A stretch of DNA of 64,000 bases from Azolla caroliniana (lineage: Eukaryota; Plantae; Polypodiophyta): contig JBHGNT010000005.1 of assembly GCA_043228905.1 (NCBI GenBank), positions 13,578,001 to 13,642,000 of the forward strand, read 5' to 3'. Shown here in pieces: positions 37,070 to 50,961 of the stretch. Position 1 is the stretch's first letter. Each line of letters begins with the position of its first letter. The notes beneath the pieces are model-generated. The model made no database searches. It saw nothing but the letters and a program-made list of their open reading frames with translations, and was not told the DNA's origin. The position numbers were made by a program, and so were the translations under genes.

Positions 37070-37750
37070 TGTTGTCCATAGGTCAGAAATATAAATACAT
37101 TATGTAAACTTGCCGGTAGGTAGAATAATAGGTGAGGAAATAGGTAGAACTAGAAATAGTCGAGTTTTTGGCCCTCACAATCAGCCGATGGCTCGGCTCT
37201 GTCTAAAGAGGAAAACTATAGAAACCGAGATCGGCATACCTCAAGAGAGGAGATGATCTAGAACATTTTAGCAAGATTAATAGCGTAGCACTGAGCTTTG
37301 CACGAACTATTTCCGACCGAGAGCCATGCACTATAATCACAGTGAGCTTTATCATTTAATATAAGTTCTGCTCTTACTATTCTTTTATCTGTGTATTCTC
37401 CTCGTACTTGTAAACCGAGCTACGTTTATGCCTAACGGGTTGTAGCCCGTGTACGCTTCTCGTTCTTCTATCTTCTTCTCAGTGTAGAAGAGGCTTCCAT
37501 GTAACACGATCCCTTGATACCGATAGCATGTGAGCTCATCGAAGGTGTTTCCCCCAAAAACGGGTAACAGAATTTGGCATGCCCGGTTACAGTTGTAAGG
37601 TCACAACGAACTACGTAGGAGGCAAACTCCAGCCGCCATTATGGTGCCCAATCACATCACGCGGTCTCGGCCACCTACCCGACGCCCGGAGCCAGTTGAA
37701 GGAACTTTTGACTCGGCGGTTAGTGACCAATCTTTCTAGGAACTATCAGA
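37070..37750 (+). mobile_element. Truncated Arg-primed element (5' LTR 37070-37569, PBS, short leader) inside element J
   Basis: TGTTG...GGTAACA followed by GAATT-TGGCATGCCCGG (37575-37586); Copia sequence resumes near 37750. Confidence 0.7.
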
Positions 37751-39377
37751 GCGACCGCGTTCCAATGCTCTTTATTAGGATGGCTCATAAACCGGCTCAC
37801 CACTCCAACTGCATATCCGATATCCGGCCGGGTACATACCATTGCGTACATCAAGCTCCTGATGGCAGAAGCATATGGAAGCTTCATCATATCCGTCTTC
37901 TCTGCCTTTGTCCTCGGGCTTTGTTTCCTGGACAACTTGCAGTTTGCCGGAAGTGTCAATCGGACCAGTTCTGCCTATGACATGTTGAACCGTTGAAGCA
38001 CCTTTGTCACGTACTTCTCCTGTGACAACCACAACAACTTCTTCGACCGGTCCCGGATGATGTGCATTCCCAATATCTGTCTTGCCAGCCCCAAGTCTTT
38101 CATTGAGAGCGTCCGGTTCAGAGCCTTCCGAATCTTGATTTGGTCTCCTCCGACGATTAGCATATCATCTACATATAGGAGGAGTATCAAGAAATCTCCT
38201 CCGTCAAATTTCTTCACAAACACGTAGTGATTGGCTTGCGTCTTGTGGTACCCTTGGTCAGTCATGAAGGAGTCAAACTTCTAGTACCATTGCCGGGGGG
38301 CTTGCTTCAGTCTGTATAGGCTCTTCTTCAGCCGGCACACCAGGTGCTCCTTCCCTTTCTTCTCAAATCCTTTTGGTTGATACATGTAGATCTCTTCTTC
38401 GAGCTCGCCATGTAGGAATGTTGTCTTGATGTCGAGTTGCTCTACCTCGAGATCCATGCTTGCCGCTATGCTCAACACTGTCTTGATGGGTGTCATCTTT
38501 ACTACCGGGGCAAAGATCTCGTCGAAATCCACTCCTTTCTTCTGCTGGAACCCCTTCACCACGATCCGGGCATTGTGCCTTGGTGGATTTCCGGCGTCTC
38601 CTGGTTTCAGCTTGTACACCCACTTGTGTCAGAGTGCCCACTTCCCTTTCGGCAACTCCCTCAGTTCATATGTGTGGTTCTCATGCAGGGAATCCATCTC
38701 GTCCTACATGGCACTCAGCCACTTGTGGTTGTGGGTGTCTCTCTTTGCTTCTTCGAATGTTGCTCGGCCACAACTGAGTCTTGAATCACAGAAATGGGAA
38801 TCAAACACAGAGATGGGAAGTAGACGTACACCCAAAAGAGAGTACACAAGATGTTTACGTGGAAAACCCTGAATGGGAAAAACCACTGGAGCCCACAGAC
38901 TCCAACTATCACTATGAAGAGAAGAGGGTACAATCAGAGACTCGATGTAACGACCTCGAGCTTTGTTTCTTCGCCAACCGGCAGTTACAACCAAGTATTT
39001 TTTTGTATCTCACTCTCTCTGTCGCTCTCTGTCACTCTCTGTACTATAGTTATGCACCTACAACAATATGAACAACATTACAAAGTGATTGCCCTAAGCC
39101 ATATTTATACTTATATGAACTTAGGGCTATTTACAAATATAGCTTCAATAGGGTTGCTCAAAACATATGTGCAGATATATCTTCTCTTCCGGTTCTCACC
39201 GGCTCTTTTCCGGTTCTCACCGGGTCTCCTCCTGTTTCCAAATCTCTTCCAGGTCATCACCGGATCCCATCTGGAGAGACCGATTTCCCAACACTTCTTC
39301 GCTTGCCGTAACCATCGCTTTGTCTTTTCTCTTTCTCAACTTTTCCCACTTGGCCATCCAAGGTTGGCGGCCAAACA

Positions 39378-41130
39378 CACCTAAAAATCTTCTTACTTCT
39401 GATGTCGACTTGTAGATATCCTCCATGGCATTGATATCGTCCCCCTTGGCTAGATCAGATTTCCGACCATAGGGGCCACACAAATGTGCCATGATTCGAA
39501 CTTCAAATCTTCCAAAACTTGATTTTTCTCCAGAAATTTTCAAATGTGCCTCTTCTAAATTCTTCAATATGTCTTCACAATGTGCTATTATATGATGTGA
39601 GATGAACTTTAGACATCCATTCGACCCAACTTCTTCATCCTTCTCCTCTTCCAGACATCCTTTAGTTGGAAAGTCATCCAAGAAAGACATTGTTCGATGA
39701 GGAATGTGATCCCTAAGCACCTTTTTCATTGCATTCATCATATAAGTGAACAAAATTCGTTGCTCCTTGTGATAAAGTACACATTCAAACCAACCCAATA
39801 GATGTGCGCATCGTAGTAATATCCCTACTATCCATAGCAAGCTAAATTTGATCATATCTACCACACAAATCAGCCATGGAGTAGATAGCTCTACCTGCAA
39901 TAGATTCTGCAAAGGAATCCACGACCAGACCAACTCTTGAATTCTGAATCTTTACTTTGTTAACTGGTTGAAGATCTTGAATAAACCTGAGAGATATGTT
40001 CTTCTTTGGCACTGTAAACCACATTTGTTAGAATACGAAGCATTAGAAGGCTCCAAGATACCCATCTACACCTTCTCTTCCAACAACTCAATGAGGTTCA
40101 GAATATGAGCTTTCGGAATAGGAATTAGTTTCAAGTTCCAAGGCATATGAGGGACAAAAAACATAATCATTGGTTCTACCAGCTATGGGTCCACACAACC
40201 TATCTCTAAAGGTGAAAAAGCAAAGGCTTTACCATGTCGAGATAACATCCTCTGAAATTGGTTTTCTTTAGCTCGATTGAGGAAGTCACCCCCTCCTATC
40301 TGAAACTTCCTTTGCGAAGACTCTGTAAACACATGACCAATCTTGCACAGATCCCGTAACGTTGGTTCTTACTTCATTCTTTTGAGCTGATCTATGCTAT
40401 CAGTTAGGAATGGTTCCGCTACAGGTCAAACTTTTCGATCCGCTGTCGTATATTTAGTATGGACACGAGCAACCATATCCATCTGATTCCGAAATGTTGC
40501 AATCTCAGCATACATATCCACTAAATTGGTCGGAATAAAAAATGAATGACCTTAATTTGCATACAAAGAGTTTTTCAGCTCCCAAATGGTATCCACAAAG
40601 GACAATTCCTCCATAACTCCTAACACTTAATCATCTGGTTCCAAAATCGGATCCTTAAAAAACATCACTTGAATGTCTTCCACATTTCCCTGACTCTTAC
40701 GATTTTAATCATCAATGGAAGAAAATGAGACTGCTACGGTATAAGAAACATAAACTTTATTATTCTCGGAACAATTACTCTCACACAGGGACTTTTTGTT
40801 GTCTCGGACTATTATATCCTTTTTACAATATTCCAATCAAAAACACCTAATCAGAGGCTACATGTAAACTATCCTTGTTTCTTTCATGATTAGGTAGAAT
40901 TGTCTGAATCAGAAGCATAGGCCGATCCATCATCTAACACCTTTGTGTCCATGTGGACAACAATCATGAAGGGTTGACCCAATATAACTGGATATATGGT
41001 TGTATCCTCAATAAAGAAATGTTGAAGCACAATAATACCACTATGAGAAGTCATCGGCCATCCTCCTTTCTTGTAAACCTCCAAGGACATGAGATTTATC
41101 TCCAAGCCACTATTAATCAAAGTCGTGACT
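39378..41130 (-). pseudogene. Element B protease and RT remnant
   Basis: INSGLEINLM, WFTVPKKNISLRFIQDLQPVNK, SFLDDF, HLCGPYGRK, EVRRFLG; highly decayed. Confidence 0.85.
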
Positions 41131-41159
41131 GAATCTGATAAACCACCAAGTCATTCAAG

Positions 41160-41603
41160 TTCATTTGTCAATGGGCAAGAACCTGCAATTACAACTAATT
41201 GTCCTATTTTTTCCTACTTGGCAATAATAATTTTTGACTAATAATACTTTTTGACTCTCTCCTTTCACACTCGTCGGCTATGACTACGACTACGATTGAC
41301 TATTTTGACTATCATTATCCTAGTTTGTCGACCTATATACTTGACTAGCTTGGTCGATCCAACCAGCTACCACATGCCATGCCCGTACGATAGTGCCTTG
41401 CATGATCAAACCCACAAAAATCAATGTCTCATCATCATTCTTATCCTTATCCTCGTTCTCATTCTTCTCATCGTCCTTATTCAAAATGTTCAGCAGATTT
41501 GGCCCCTCCTCGTCTTGCTCCTCCTGTTGCTCGGCGTTGTTCGAGGCGTACTGCATTTTGTTTTGTTGGTCAGGTTGCATATCCGATTCTGAGGAATTAT
41601 TTA
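41160..41603 (-). mobile_element. 3' remnant of Gypsy element H (extra-ORF tail, tRNA mimic, start of 3' LTR at 41372)
   Basis: Minus strand: ...PNLLNILNKDD..., then GTGGGTTTGA-TCATGCAAGGCACTA-TCGTAC-GGGCATGGCA-TG-TGGTAGC; left boundary uncertain. Confidence 0.6.
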
Positions 41604-44600
41604 TGTTGAATGGACAAGCTCAACCGGATTCGGATCTGCTTAACAAGCTAGAGCCGGATCGATGTCCGGAATGAGGAATCGGATCGTTGTCGGGATGGTA
41701 TCGGGAATTAGGAGCCAGATTGGATTGTAGCTAGTAAGCCGTTAGAGGCCTTCGAATCTAGCCTAGTACAGAGGCATATTTTTGGGAGTCAGTGTTAGTC
41801 GCTCGTATGAGCATTGAAGTACTTGTCAGTACTTCTTTCAGCCCGTGTAAGGACTTGTATAAAAGTGCTCATTGAGCACACTGTATGTACAAAGCATTAT
41901 TATTTTGAAGTAAGTCAAGGCTATTTTGCTCTCTCTGTCTCGCTCGTGTATTGTGTATTCTAAGCTTCCATTAAACCTGTGTTTATTCTTTGTTGTTATC
42001 CGGTGTAACGGGTTTTGTCTAAGCTTCCGCATAGTAATTTTTACATTGTATCAGAGTGTGAGGGTTGAGAACCTCTACAGCTGACAAGAGTTTTTTGAGG
42101 ACAAGCCTTAACACCCGGTAAAGAGTAGACTAAGGAATGGCTAGCTCGCTCCCGATGGAGAAACTTGACAGATCTAACTATGCATCTTGGTCGTAGAAGA
42201 TGCACCAGTACCTACTCGGGCACGGTTATTGGAGTTATGTCGACGGAGCTAATGATACGACACTTGATGCGGCACACAGACACTTCCCGACTTGGCAAGA
42301 AGCAGCATGTAGGGTAATGTACTATTTGATGTCCAGTGTTGGTGATCAACTCCTCAACCATATCCAGGATGCCAAGTCGCCAAATGAAGCATGGGGAAAC
42401 CTGGAGAAGGTCTTCGCCGCTAGCACCACGACCCAGAAGCTGCAACTCCGAGAGGAGTTAAGCAATGTCTTACAGAAGGACATGTTGATGACCGAGTATA
42501 TGGCCCAGATCAAAGACATCTGCGACTCACTTGCCTCTATCAACGTAACCCATCGAGGAAGATGAGATGGTGCAGGTTTGTCTCGGGGGCCTGACGTCAA
42601 AGTTCAGAGCATTCCGGATGGCGGTCTGTACAAGGGAGAATATGCCCTTGTTTTTTGATTTACAATCAATGCTCCTCGTAGACGAGAAGCATGCGAATGT
42701 GCCAACGAGTACACACATCAACAATAGGATGCTATACACGGAGACGGATCGGCCCCATAGTCGTGGCAAACGAGGCGGATCAGCACGCGGTGGAAGCGGC
42801 CGATAATAGCAAAATCGGAGGCACAATGATGGTGCCAACAACAGTTCCGGACCCTCCAGAAATAGGGGGAGTCAAAGCGGCGCCGGAAACCGACAAGAGA
42901 AGACTGCACCGGAATGTTGGTACTATGGCCAGAAGGGTCACAGGGAGAGTGAGAGATGGAGGAAGTGCGTCGATACGGACAAATCCAGATCCAGCAAAGC
43001 CGGACAAGGAAGCCGGCAAAGCTCGCACTATGTGGAAGGACTGAAAGGATCTGGTTTTGGAAATGGATCGGTCCCATCCTTTGTGACGAAACACAAGGCT
43101 AACTTGATGGAAACAAAAACCTCGAGACCAAATGAAGTATGGTACATTGATTCCGGAGCGTTAAATCATATCACAAGCCACGAGGAGTGGTTTTCTTATC
43201 TAGAAAAACCGGAACAACCGGGGGTGGTCGAAACCGGAGATGACACCCCGCATACCATCGAGCACATCAGAGAGGTTCCCCTCAACCATGTGGAGCAGAA
43301 GGGAAAGTTGATGAACGTCCTGCACGTCCCTACAATCACAAAAATTTGGTGTCGGTCAGAGAGATTGTCGATCAAGGGATGCAGGTCCAGTTCACCATCA
43401 CGCAAGGGCGCCGAGACGGGAGGACGTTTATCCTCAAAACGAATAGTGTTGGCACTGCTATGTTCGCAAGAGGGTAGAAGGTTGAGTTGGACATCGACCT
43501 GTACGAGTTGTAGTCAGAACAAGTAGTTTCCGTATTGCCGAAGTTCAGCGGTTGGAAAGGCCAAATATGTGAAGCTTTCCAGCTCGAAAGCAACATAGGA
43601 TTCCATTCGCCAATGCAAAAAATCAGAGTCAGAATTGGCTTGATCTCATCCATTCAAATGTGTAGGGACCGACACAAAACGTAAGTATCGGCAGGAGTCG
43701 ATATTTTGTCTCCTTCATCGATGATTTCACACGGTACACTTCGACTTATCTAATCGAGAAGAAAAGCGAAGTCTTCTCATGCCTCTGGGATTTGAATAAG
43801 CTTGTCGAACGTGAGACCGGAAGAAAAATCAATCGTCGGAGATTGGATGGCGGAAAAGAGTACTTTTTCGATCAGTTCACGAGCTATCTACAGAGAAGGG
43901 AATCCGATGGGAATTCTCTTGCAGATACACACCAGAGCAAAACGGCGTGGCCAAGCATCGGAACAAGACGCTAGTAGAAGCGGCAAGGGTGATGCTTGAG
44001 GAGAAAAGCATGCCCAATTTTTATTGGACCAAAGTAAATATCAAATATCTGCCTTAGGGACAAAGGTGTCGCCGCATGAACTGTATTTCAAGCGGAAGCC
44101 GAATCTGGCACACCTTCGGGTATTCGGTAGCATTGCATATGTGCATGTACCAAAAGAAAAACTGAGAAAGTTAGACGCGAAAGTTGAAAAATGTTGGCCG
44201 GTCAGAAGAGCAAGGACAAGTGGGAAGGCGGAGTCGGATCGGATAATAGGAAGTAAATAATTGTATATTTATTATTCGGAGGGACGGATCTGGTACAGTT
44301 GTACCAATCCGGATCCGGACCGATTCGGATGCCGGTTGCCTAAGCGCACCGATTGTAACCTTGTCGGATGCCTATAAAAGGATCCGATGATTTGTAAATG
44401 CTTTACGGAAGTAATACAATTATACTTATTGCGTGTTTATCTTTGTCTTTGTATTGTTTTACCGTCTGTGCTTAGTGTAATCATCTTACGCGTGTAATCT
44501 AGCATCCAATCCTTACCACCCCTTTGGAGAAGTGTCGGATAGACACCTGTGTTGAGGCTAGTTCGGCCAAGCATACAACACTATTTTGGCGACCACGATT

Positions 44601-44630
44601 CCTGCAAAGTGCAGAGGACAACCGGGGGAT

Positions 44631-47600
44631 GGATGTTTAGACCAAACGACGAACACATCACCGAACGAGGGAGACGATACACCGAACGAGAGCAACGACG
44701 GGAAGCCCTGCAGCAAGCAGTCGACGAGATCCGGCGAGATCGGTCATTCTCCAGAACTCTTCGGAGAGTCGCAGAAGAAGCACTGCAGTTCCGGGTTCTG
44801 CAAGTCCCCGACGAAGGCAGTAGCATAACAAGCCTGCAAGAGGCGGAAACGATACTACAGACGCTCGCCGGTGGCGACGGGGACTCGAAAGCATTCACAA
44901 CACTCGAGGCGGAGTCGGAAAGCGAGGAAGCGTTGCGTCCCGGTATAAAAGCAGCCACGACACACCAAACGACCCGGGGGAAGAGGAGTCGGAAGACTCA
45001 GTAACACCAGAGCCAGAGGAAGAAATAACCTTGGAGTTCGGTGACCGGCAATCGCCGAGGGAGGCTGACCGGATACCGACAACACCTGCGAAGGAACCGA
45101 AGGACCGGACACCGGCAACACCCGCGGAGGAACTGAAGGAGCGGATACCGACACCAACCGCGGAGGAACCGAAGGTTCTCACACCGACGCCAACAGCGGA
45201 CAGAGAGCGGAGAAAGCAGGAGAGTCAGTTGGACGACACGATGCCATACCCATACCCAAAGTACCGGGATGAGCCCGATGCGGAGGCACACGTGTACGCA
45301 TTCCTCCAAACATGGGAAGCCAACCATGTTTCCCAAAGACTGACGGAGCCCGAAGCCGAACGATCCAAAGTCGCCGAATTCGGCATGACCTTAGAAGGAC
45401 CGGCGGCCCGATGGCACGCAAAGCACTTACCGGGCAGCTTTGCCACATTCAATGCCTTGAAGGCCAAATTCCTCAGGCTTTTTCACAAACAAGTTGAGCA
45501 AAGGGAATTGGTCGGGCAGTTCTACACCACCCGGCAGGAACGAGACTGTGCCACAATTCATCATTCGGTTTCAGACCCTGCACAGCCAACTGACGAGAGC
45601 ACCACTCGAAGACGAAGCCAAAGCAGTCTTTTTGGCCGCGCTAAAAGAGCCACTTCGAACGATGTGCGGAGTCCTTGATTTCCGCACCAGCACAATGGAC
45701 CAAGTTATTGATCGGGTCTTAGAAATGGACAAGACTAGCTCCTTCTTGTCGATGGGGATGTTACACCGGGCACTCCCGAAGGAGGAAGACCTGAGGTTCT
45801 GACAGGCCTTACAATGCACAACATGCCTAAATTCGGGCCACTCAACGGTAGACTGCAACCTGTGGACACAATGTATGATCTGCAACTCTCGAGCCCATAC
45901 AATGGACCGATGCGAATATAACCTGTTAAATCGGCAGGCGGCACCGGTTCGACACATAGAACCGCGCAATCAGGACCCGGATGAGGATCGATTCTGGAGA
46001 GATGACCGCTACCAACGCGAATGCGGTGACAAATACGTTGATACAAGACGCGATAACTATGACCGAGAGGAGAAACGCAGAGATAGCTACCCCCGGGACC
46101 GGTACGACCGAGACGAATCCCCGGAATACGAACGATGCAGAGAAGAGAGGCGACAAGGGAACCGGAATTTCCGACGGAATCAGAAGCGTGGATTTTTCCG
46201 AAGAGAGGAACGTCGGGAGGCAGCAAGGAATGACAACCCGGTATCGGTACCAGATAACCGAAAAACCGAAGACAACCGCTCAAGTATACCCACCCCCCAA
46301 ACCGGGGACAAAGGAGAAACGAGCAACAGTCACAAAGTGTACTGTTATTACTGTTGTAAGGAGGGCCATTATAGTAACCAATGCCCAAGCAAAACCAATG
46401 ACAAGCAGCCGGCAGTCAACATGGTTACAGCCGAAATAACGGAAGTGCAGCAGGTCACAACCCGGTCAAAGGGGAAGGCCGCCGAGTGGGAAGCCCAGGA
46501 GGCAATCAGAAAACAAGCGGCGCAATGGATCAAGAAGGCCAATGAACAGAATGCGGCAGAAGTAAGAGACCAAAATATGCCAAAAGACGAAGAAATCATA
46601 CAACTAGGAGAAAACCCGACGTGGCAAGCGCTCCAGGACTGTCAAATCGTGCTGCCGTTAGCACGGCTACTACAGTTGGTGCCACGGTTTACGGCAGACT
46701 TACAGGCATCCGTGAGCAAACCGAAGCCGACGCCAGCACCGGCATTCTTCTCCAACCCGGACGAAGGACCAGTTGTGGTCGATACAAGTAGCCCGGCGAT
46801 CACGGCAATCGTGAAAGGAAAGGAAATTGCCGGAACAATTATTGACGAAGGCTCCGGGGTAAATGTCATCAGCCGACAGACATGTGACAACCTGGGCATC
46901 CGGGAATGGGAACCATGCCCCTTCTGGTTACACATGGCGGATACCAGCTCAGTCCGACCGACCAGGCTTATCCGGGATTTGGAAGTAACGATCGGAGGCC
47001 ACGTATTCAGGATATCGGCCGTGGTGCTGCAGCTGAATGTACAAGGCGCGTACCCCCTACTGCTAGGACGACCATGGCTGCGAACGGCGCATATCAAGCA
47101 GAATTGGCAAAAGAACATGATCACATTCCGGCGAGGGAAAACAAAGGTACGAGTAGCAACGCAACCACGGGTGATCGCCAGTAAGGAAGCAACTCCATTG
47201 TATGCGGAAAGCATCAACATGTTGGAGGGATTACCGGACGAGGAAGTCGATCGGTACCTCGAGGAACACCCACGAATCGTCCCACTATTTGAGGTGGATA
47301 TCATGGCGGCAGTAGAACCGTACATCATGACGCCGGACGAACCGGACCAAGCGGCGATCCGGGAACTGTGACAAGCGTTGGAATCCCTAGAGAGGGAGAT
47401 GACGATATCCCAGAGGGTAAAAGCATCCCAACTAGAGGAGGTGGACCTCGGCACAACCGACAAGCCCCGACCGGTAAATGTCGCAAAGGAATTGCCGAAG
47501 GAAGAAAAGAAGGCAATGGTAGCATTATTAACAGACTTCAAGGATGTGTTCGCGTGGTCATACGAAGACATGCGAGGGCTGGACCCCCAGCTCTATCAGC

Positions 47601-50435
47601 ACCAAATTCACCTAAGTACGGACGCGAAACCGATCGCTCAACGCAGGTACCGGATGAATCCAAATTATGCGGCGAAGGTGAAGGAGGAGATTGATAAGCT
47701 CCTCCGAGTCGAATTTCCGACCGGTCAAGCAGGCAACCTGGCTGAGTCCGATAGTGGTGGTCCCGAAAAAGAACCGCAAAATCCGGGTATGTGTGGACTA
47801 CCGGAAACTAAATGCCACAACGGTGACCAATGCGTTTCCACTACCATTTACGGACGGGGTGTTAGATGCGGTAGCCGGCCACGAAGTTTACAGCTTCCTG
47901 GATGGATTTAGCGGTTACAACCAAATACGAATGAACCCGGCCGACCAGGAGAAGACAGCGTTCGTTACAGAATGGGGAGTGTTCGTCGCGGTCGTGATGA
48001 TGTTCGGACTAAAGACGGCCCCAGCGACCTTTCAAAGGATAATAATGGAAATTTTCGGGGAATATATCCCCGGTTTTATGCAGGTCTTCCTTGACGATTT
48101 CGCGGTCTACAGCCGGCACGGAGAGCATCTCGATCACCTCCGGCTGTGCTTAGAGAAGTGCCGCGAGTACCGGTTGAATCTGAACCCGGCCAAGTGCGTC
48201 TTTGGAGTGGCAAGCGGCAACTTGCTAGGGCACGTGGTGAGTAAGGAAGGAATCACGGTAGATCCGGATAAAGTAAAGGCGATTCTCGAGGCACCGGCAC
48301 CAAATAACGCAAAGGCTTTAAGCCGGTTCCTGGGCCAAATAAGGTGGCATAGCTAGATGATACGGCACCTCGCAGACTTCGCTACACCATTGCATGCCGC
48401 CGTACACAGGGTACCCTTCCTATGGGCGGAGACGGAGGAGAAAGCCTACCAAGCGCTGAAGGTTATGCTGTCGCAAGCTCCGGTGGTGCAACCGCCAGAT
48501 TGGAGTAAAAGCTTTCACGTCTTCATCGACGCATCGGACGTAGCAATCGGCAGCGTTCTGATGCAACTCATGGAGCCGAAATGGTATCGGCCGGTGTACT
48601 ACGCAAGTCGGAAACTCTCAAAAGCCGAACGGAACTACTCTATGACGGAACGCGAGGCATTAGGAATGGTGTATAGTGTCACAAAGTACAGGCACTATCT
48701 GCTCGGAAGGAAGTTTTCCTTCCATGTCGACCATTCGGCACTACTCTACCTGGTCTCTAAGATATCCCTGACGGGAAAAATTGCACGATGGACACTGCTG
48801 TTATAGGAATTTGAAGTCGACATTTTCCACTGACCCGGGGCGCAGTATGCGGTAGCGGACCACCTAAGCAGACTCAAATCCGGAGAAGCAGGGGACGGCG
48901 TACAGGATGAGTTCCCCGACGCCGAGTTGTTCCGGATCACGACGGAACCGGCAACGGATGCAACGGTAGCCGACGAAGACAAGTGGCTAACCGAGATGCA
49001 TCAGTTCCTGAGCACCGGAGTACCCCCGGAGAACATGGACCGCGATGAAAGGAAAAGGGTAGCAGTAAGAAGCAGACATTTCTGCTTGGTTGGAGACACC
49101 CTCTATCACAAGGGGGCAGATGGCATCTGGAGACGAGCAGTGCGGAGCGATGAGAAGGATCTAATCCTCAGGGAAGCCCACTATGGAATTGTCGGCGGGC
49201 ATTATGCCGGCGACGCAACCGCTCGGAAAATATGGCAGAGCGGACTGTGGTGGCCCACCACCCTAAAAGATGCCGTGAAGTATAGCAGAGAATGCGATTT
49301 GTGTCAACGACTGGGCCAACCCACGGAGCAGGCCTGGATGCCACACCACCCGGTCTTGCCATTGGAACCATTTCAAAAGTGGGGTTTGGACTTTGTCGGT
49401 CCCTTCAAGCCACCGGCAATGCGAACCGGAAATCGGTATGTCATAGTGGCGACCGACTATTGCACCAAATGGGTGGAAGCGAAGGCCTTACGGGACAACA
49501 CGGCCGCGTCCACGGCAAAGTTCCTGTACGAGTGCATATGGTGCCGGTATGGATGCCCGATCAAGCTTATAAGTGACCAAGGAGGACACTTTCTCGGGCA
49601 GGTAGTAGAAAGCCTGACGTCATTTTACGCGGTGGTACATAAAAGGAGTACTCCCTACTACCCTCAAGCCAATGGACTAGCGGAATCGATGAACAAAACT
49701 CTACATAACATCCTACGAAAAATCGTCAACGAGAACCGGACCGACTGGGATACGAAATTGCAGAGCGCGCTATGGGCATACCGAACAACGTACAAAACCA
49801 ACATCCGGACAACCCCGTTACGACTAGCATTCGGCTTAGAAGCGGTCATGCCGGTAGAGTTCCAGATCCCCAGCTTACGGATCCAGGTAAAGGAGCGCTT
49901 AAGTGAGAAGGAGTCCGAACGAATCCGGCTGGCGACGTTGTTGGAATTAGAAGAAAACCGAATAGCCAGCTTACTACAACTCGAATTGGAGCAAAGGAGG
50001 AGAAAAGCTTTCGTGGACCGACACCGGCGTGGCAACGAAAAGGAGTTCGAAGTCGGAAAACCGGTGCTACTGTTCCAGACACGGATGGGGAACATGCCGG
50101 GAAAGTTGCGGTTTCGGTGGACCGGACCGTTCTGGATCACCAAGGAGTACAATGGATTGTATCAGCTCGGCACGTTGTTTGGAGAAGTCATCGGTAAGTG
50201 GGCAAATGGGTTTCGGCTAAAGCCGTATAAGGGAAATATGCCAGCCAACCCGTTCAAGCAAGACCCAGAAATCCGGCACGATGAGGAACCGACACCGACA
50301 GACGTTGCTGTAGAAATCCGGACCAAGGAAGAACCGACACCGATACCGACAAAGACTATCCCGGAAAACCGACAGAAGGAGATTCCGGTATCAGCGCGAA
50401 CCGACCCGAACAAATCGGGCGGGACCGGAAAATGA
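44631..50435 (+). pseudogene. Element G gag-pol (gag, PR, RT, RNase H, integrase) with several stops and frameshifts
   Basis: CYYCCKEGHYSNQC, IIDEGSGVNVI, FLDGFSGYNQI, VFLDDF, FIDASD..EREAL..VDH, GGHY..KWGLDF..LISDQG..QANGLAE..WTGPF; integrase ORF 48927-50435 is open. Confidence 0.93.
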
Positions 50436-50961
50436 CGTGGTCCAAACAAAGAAAGAAATAAAAATAAAAATAAATAAAAAGAAATTTTAAAGAAAAGAAA
50501 AAGAAAAGAAAATATAAATTAAAAATAAAAAATAAAAAAATCAAAGTAATGATGATGGGGAGATCACAAGAGGTGGGAGTGCCACCATTCAATGAAGAGG
50601 CGCCATGAAGTAAAGGAGGACGTGCGCGTACTTGCTATTTAAAGCATAGAACGTGGGCACCGACGTACGAGGTATTATGCACGCGCGGCAATCAAGAGAA
50701 GAATTGCTAATGATGACAGGAGATATGCACACACGGCAACCAAGAAAGGACATGCTAATTATGGCGGGAGATAGACATGCGCGGGAACCGAAAAAGGGCG
50801 GCTCGAGGCAAAAGCCACTATATAAGACACAGGCCTGCGAAGGACTTACTTTTTACGAATTTTCCTACACACAGGCGCAAAAGCACAGAAGAGCGATCCG
50901 ACGCACAACGCACACACATCCCGATTCCGAACAACAGACAGCAGAAGAAGAATCCGAACCA

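Larger units (their letters stand above)
36011..39293 (-). mobile_element. Copia A-family element J, deleted from the 5' LTR into RT
   Basis: TSD CTTCT (36006-36010 / 39294-39298); LTRs 36011-36592 and about 38754-39293; PPT 36593-36604; only RT/RNase H remnants remain. Confidence 0.9.
15132..39377 (-). mobile_element. Non-chromovirus Gypsy element C (Arg PBS, no PPT), pol deleted, heavily nested
   Basis: 3' LTR 15132-15691; 5' LTR split into 29413-29767, 35907-36010 and 39294-39377; TSD CACAT/CACCT; PBS TGGCATGTCCGG at 29397-29408; gag homologous to element G. Confidence 0.85.
1354..41130 (-). mobile_element. Old non-chromovirus Ty3/Gypsy element B, host of most nested insertions (pieces 1354-2780, 15099-15131, 39378-41130)
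   Basis: 3' LTR begins at 1571 after PPT GGAGGGGG (1576-1583). Removing the inserts at TSDs GAATC and CACAT/CACCT restores the RT-thumb reading RRFLGACTFYRI*IPHFAHID; PR/RT remnants at 39378-41130. Confidence 0.8.

Noticed and set aside
41296-41592. Hydrophobic membrane-protein or env-like ORFs (also 28172-28531)
   Set aside because: Reverse-strand reading of acidic or Arg/Asp-rich retroelement coding sequence
45060-45200. 36-bp coding tandem repeat (EPKDRTPATPAE) as a separate element
   Set aside because: Ordinary low-complexity linker expansion within gag
46642-47571. 309-aa antisense ORF and many other opposite-strand ORFs
   Set aside because: Shadow frames of GC-rich gag-pol with no recognisable motifs
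50445-50540. Poly(A) tail of a LINE/SINE or retrocopy
   Set aside because: Interrupted A-rich spacer between integrase and the extra ORF, with no TSD or upstream non-LTR body
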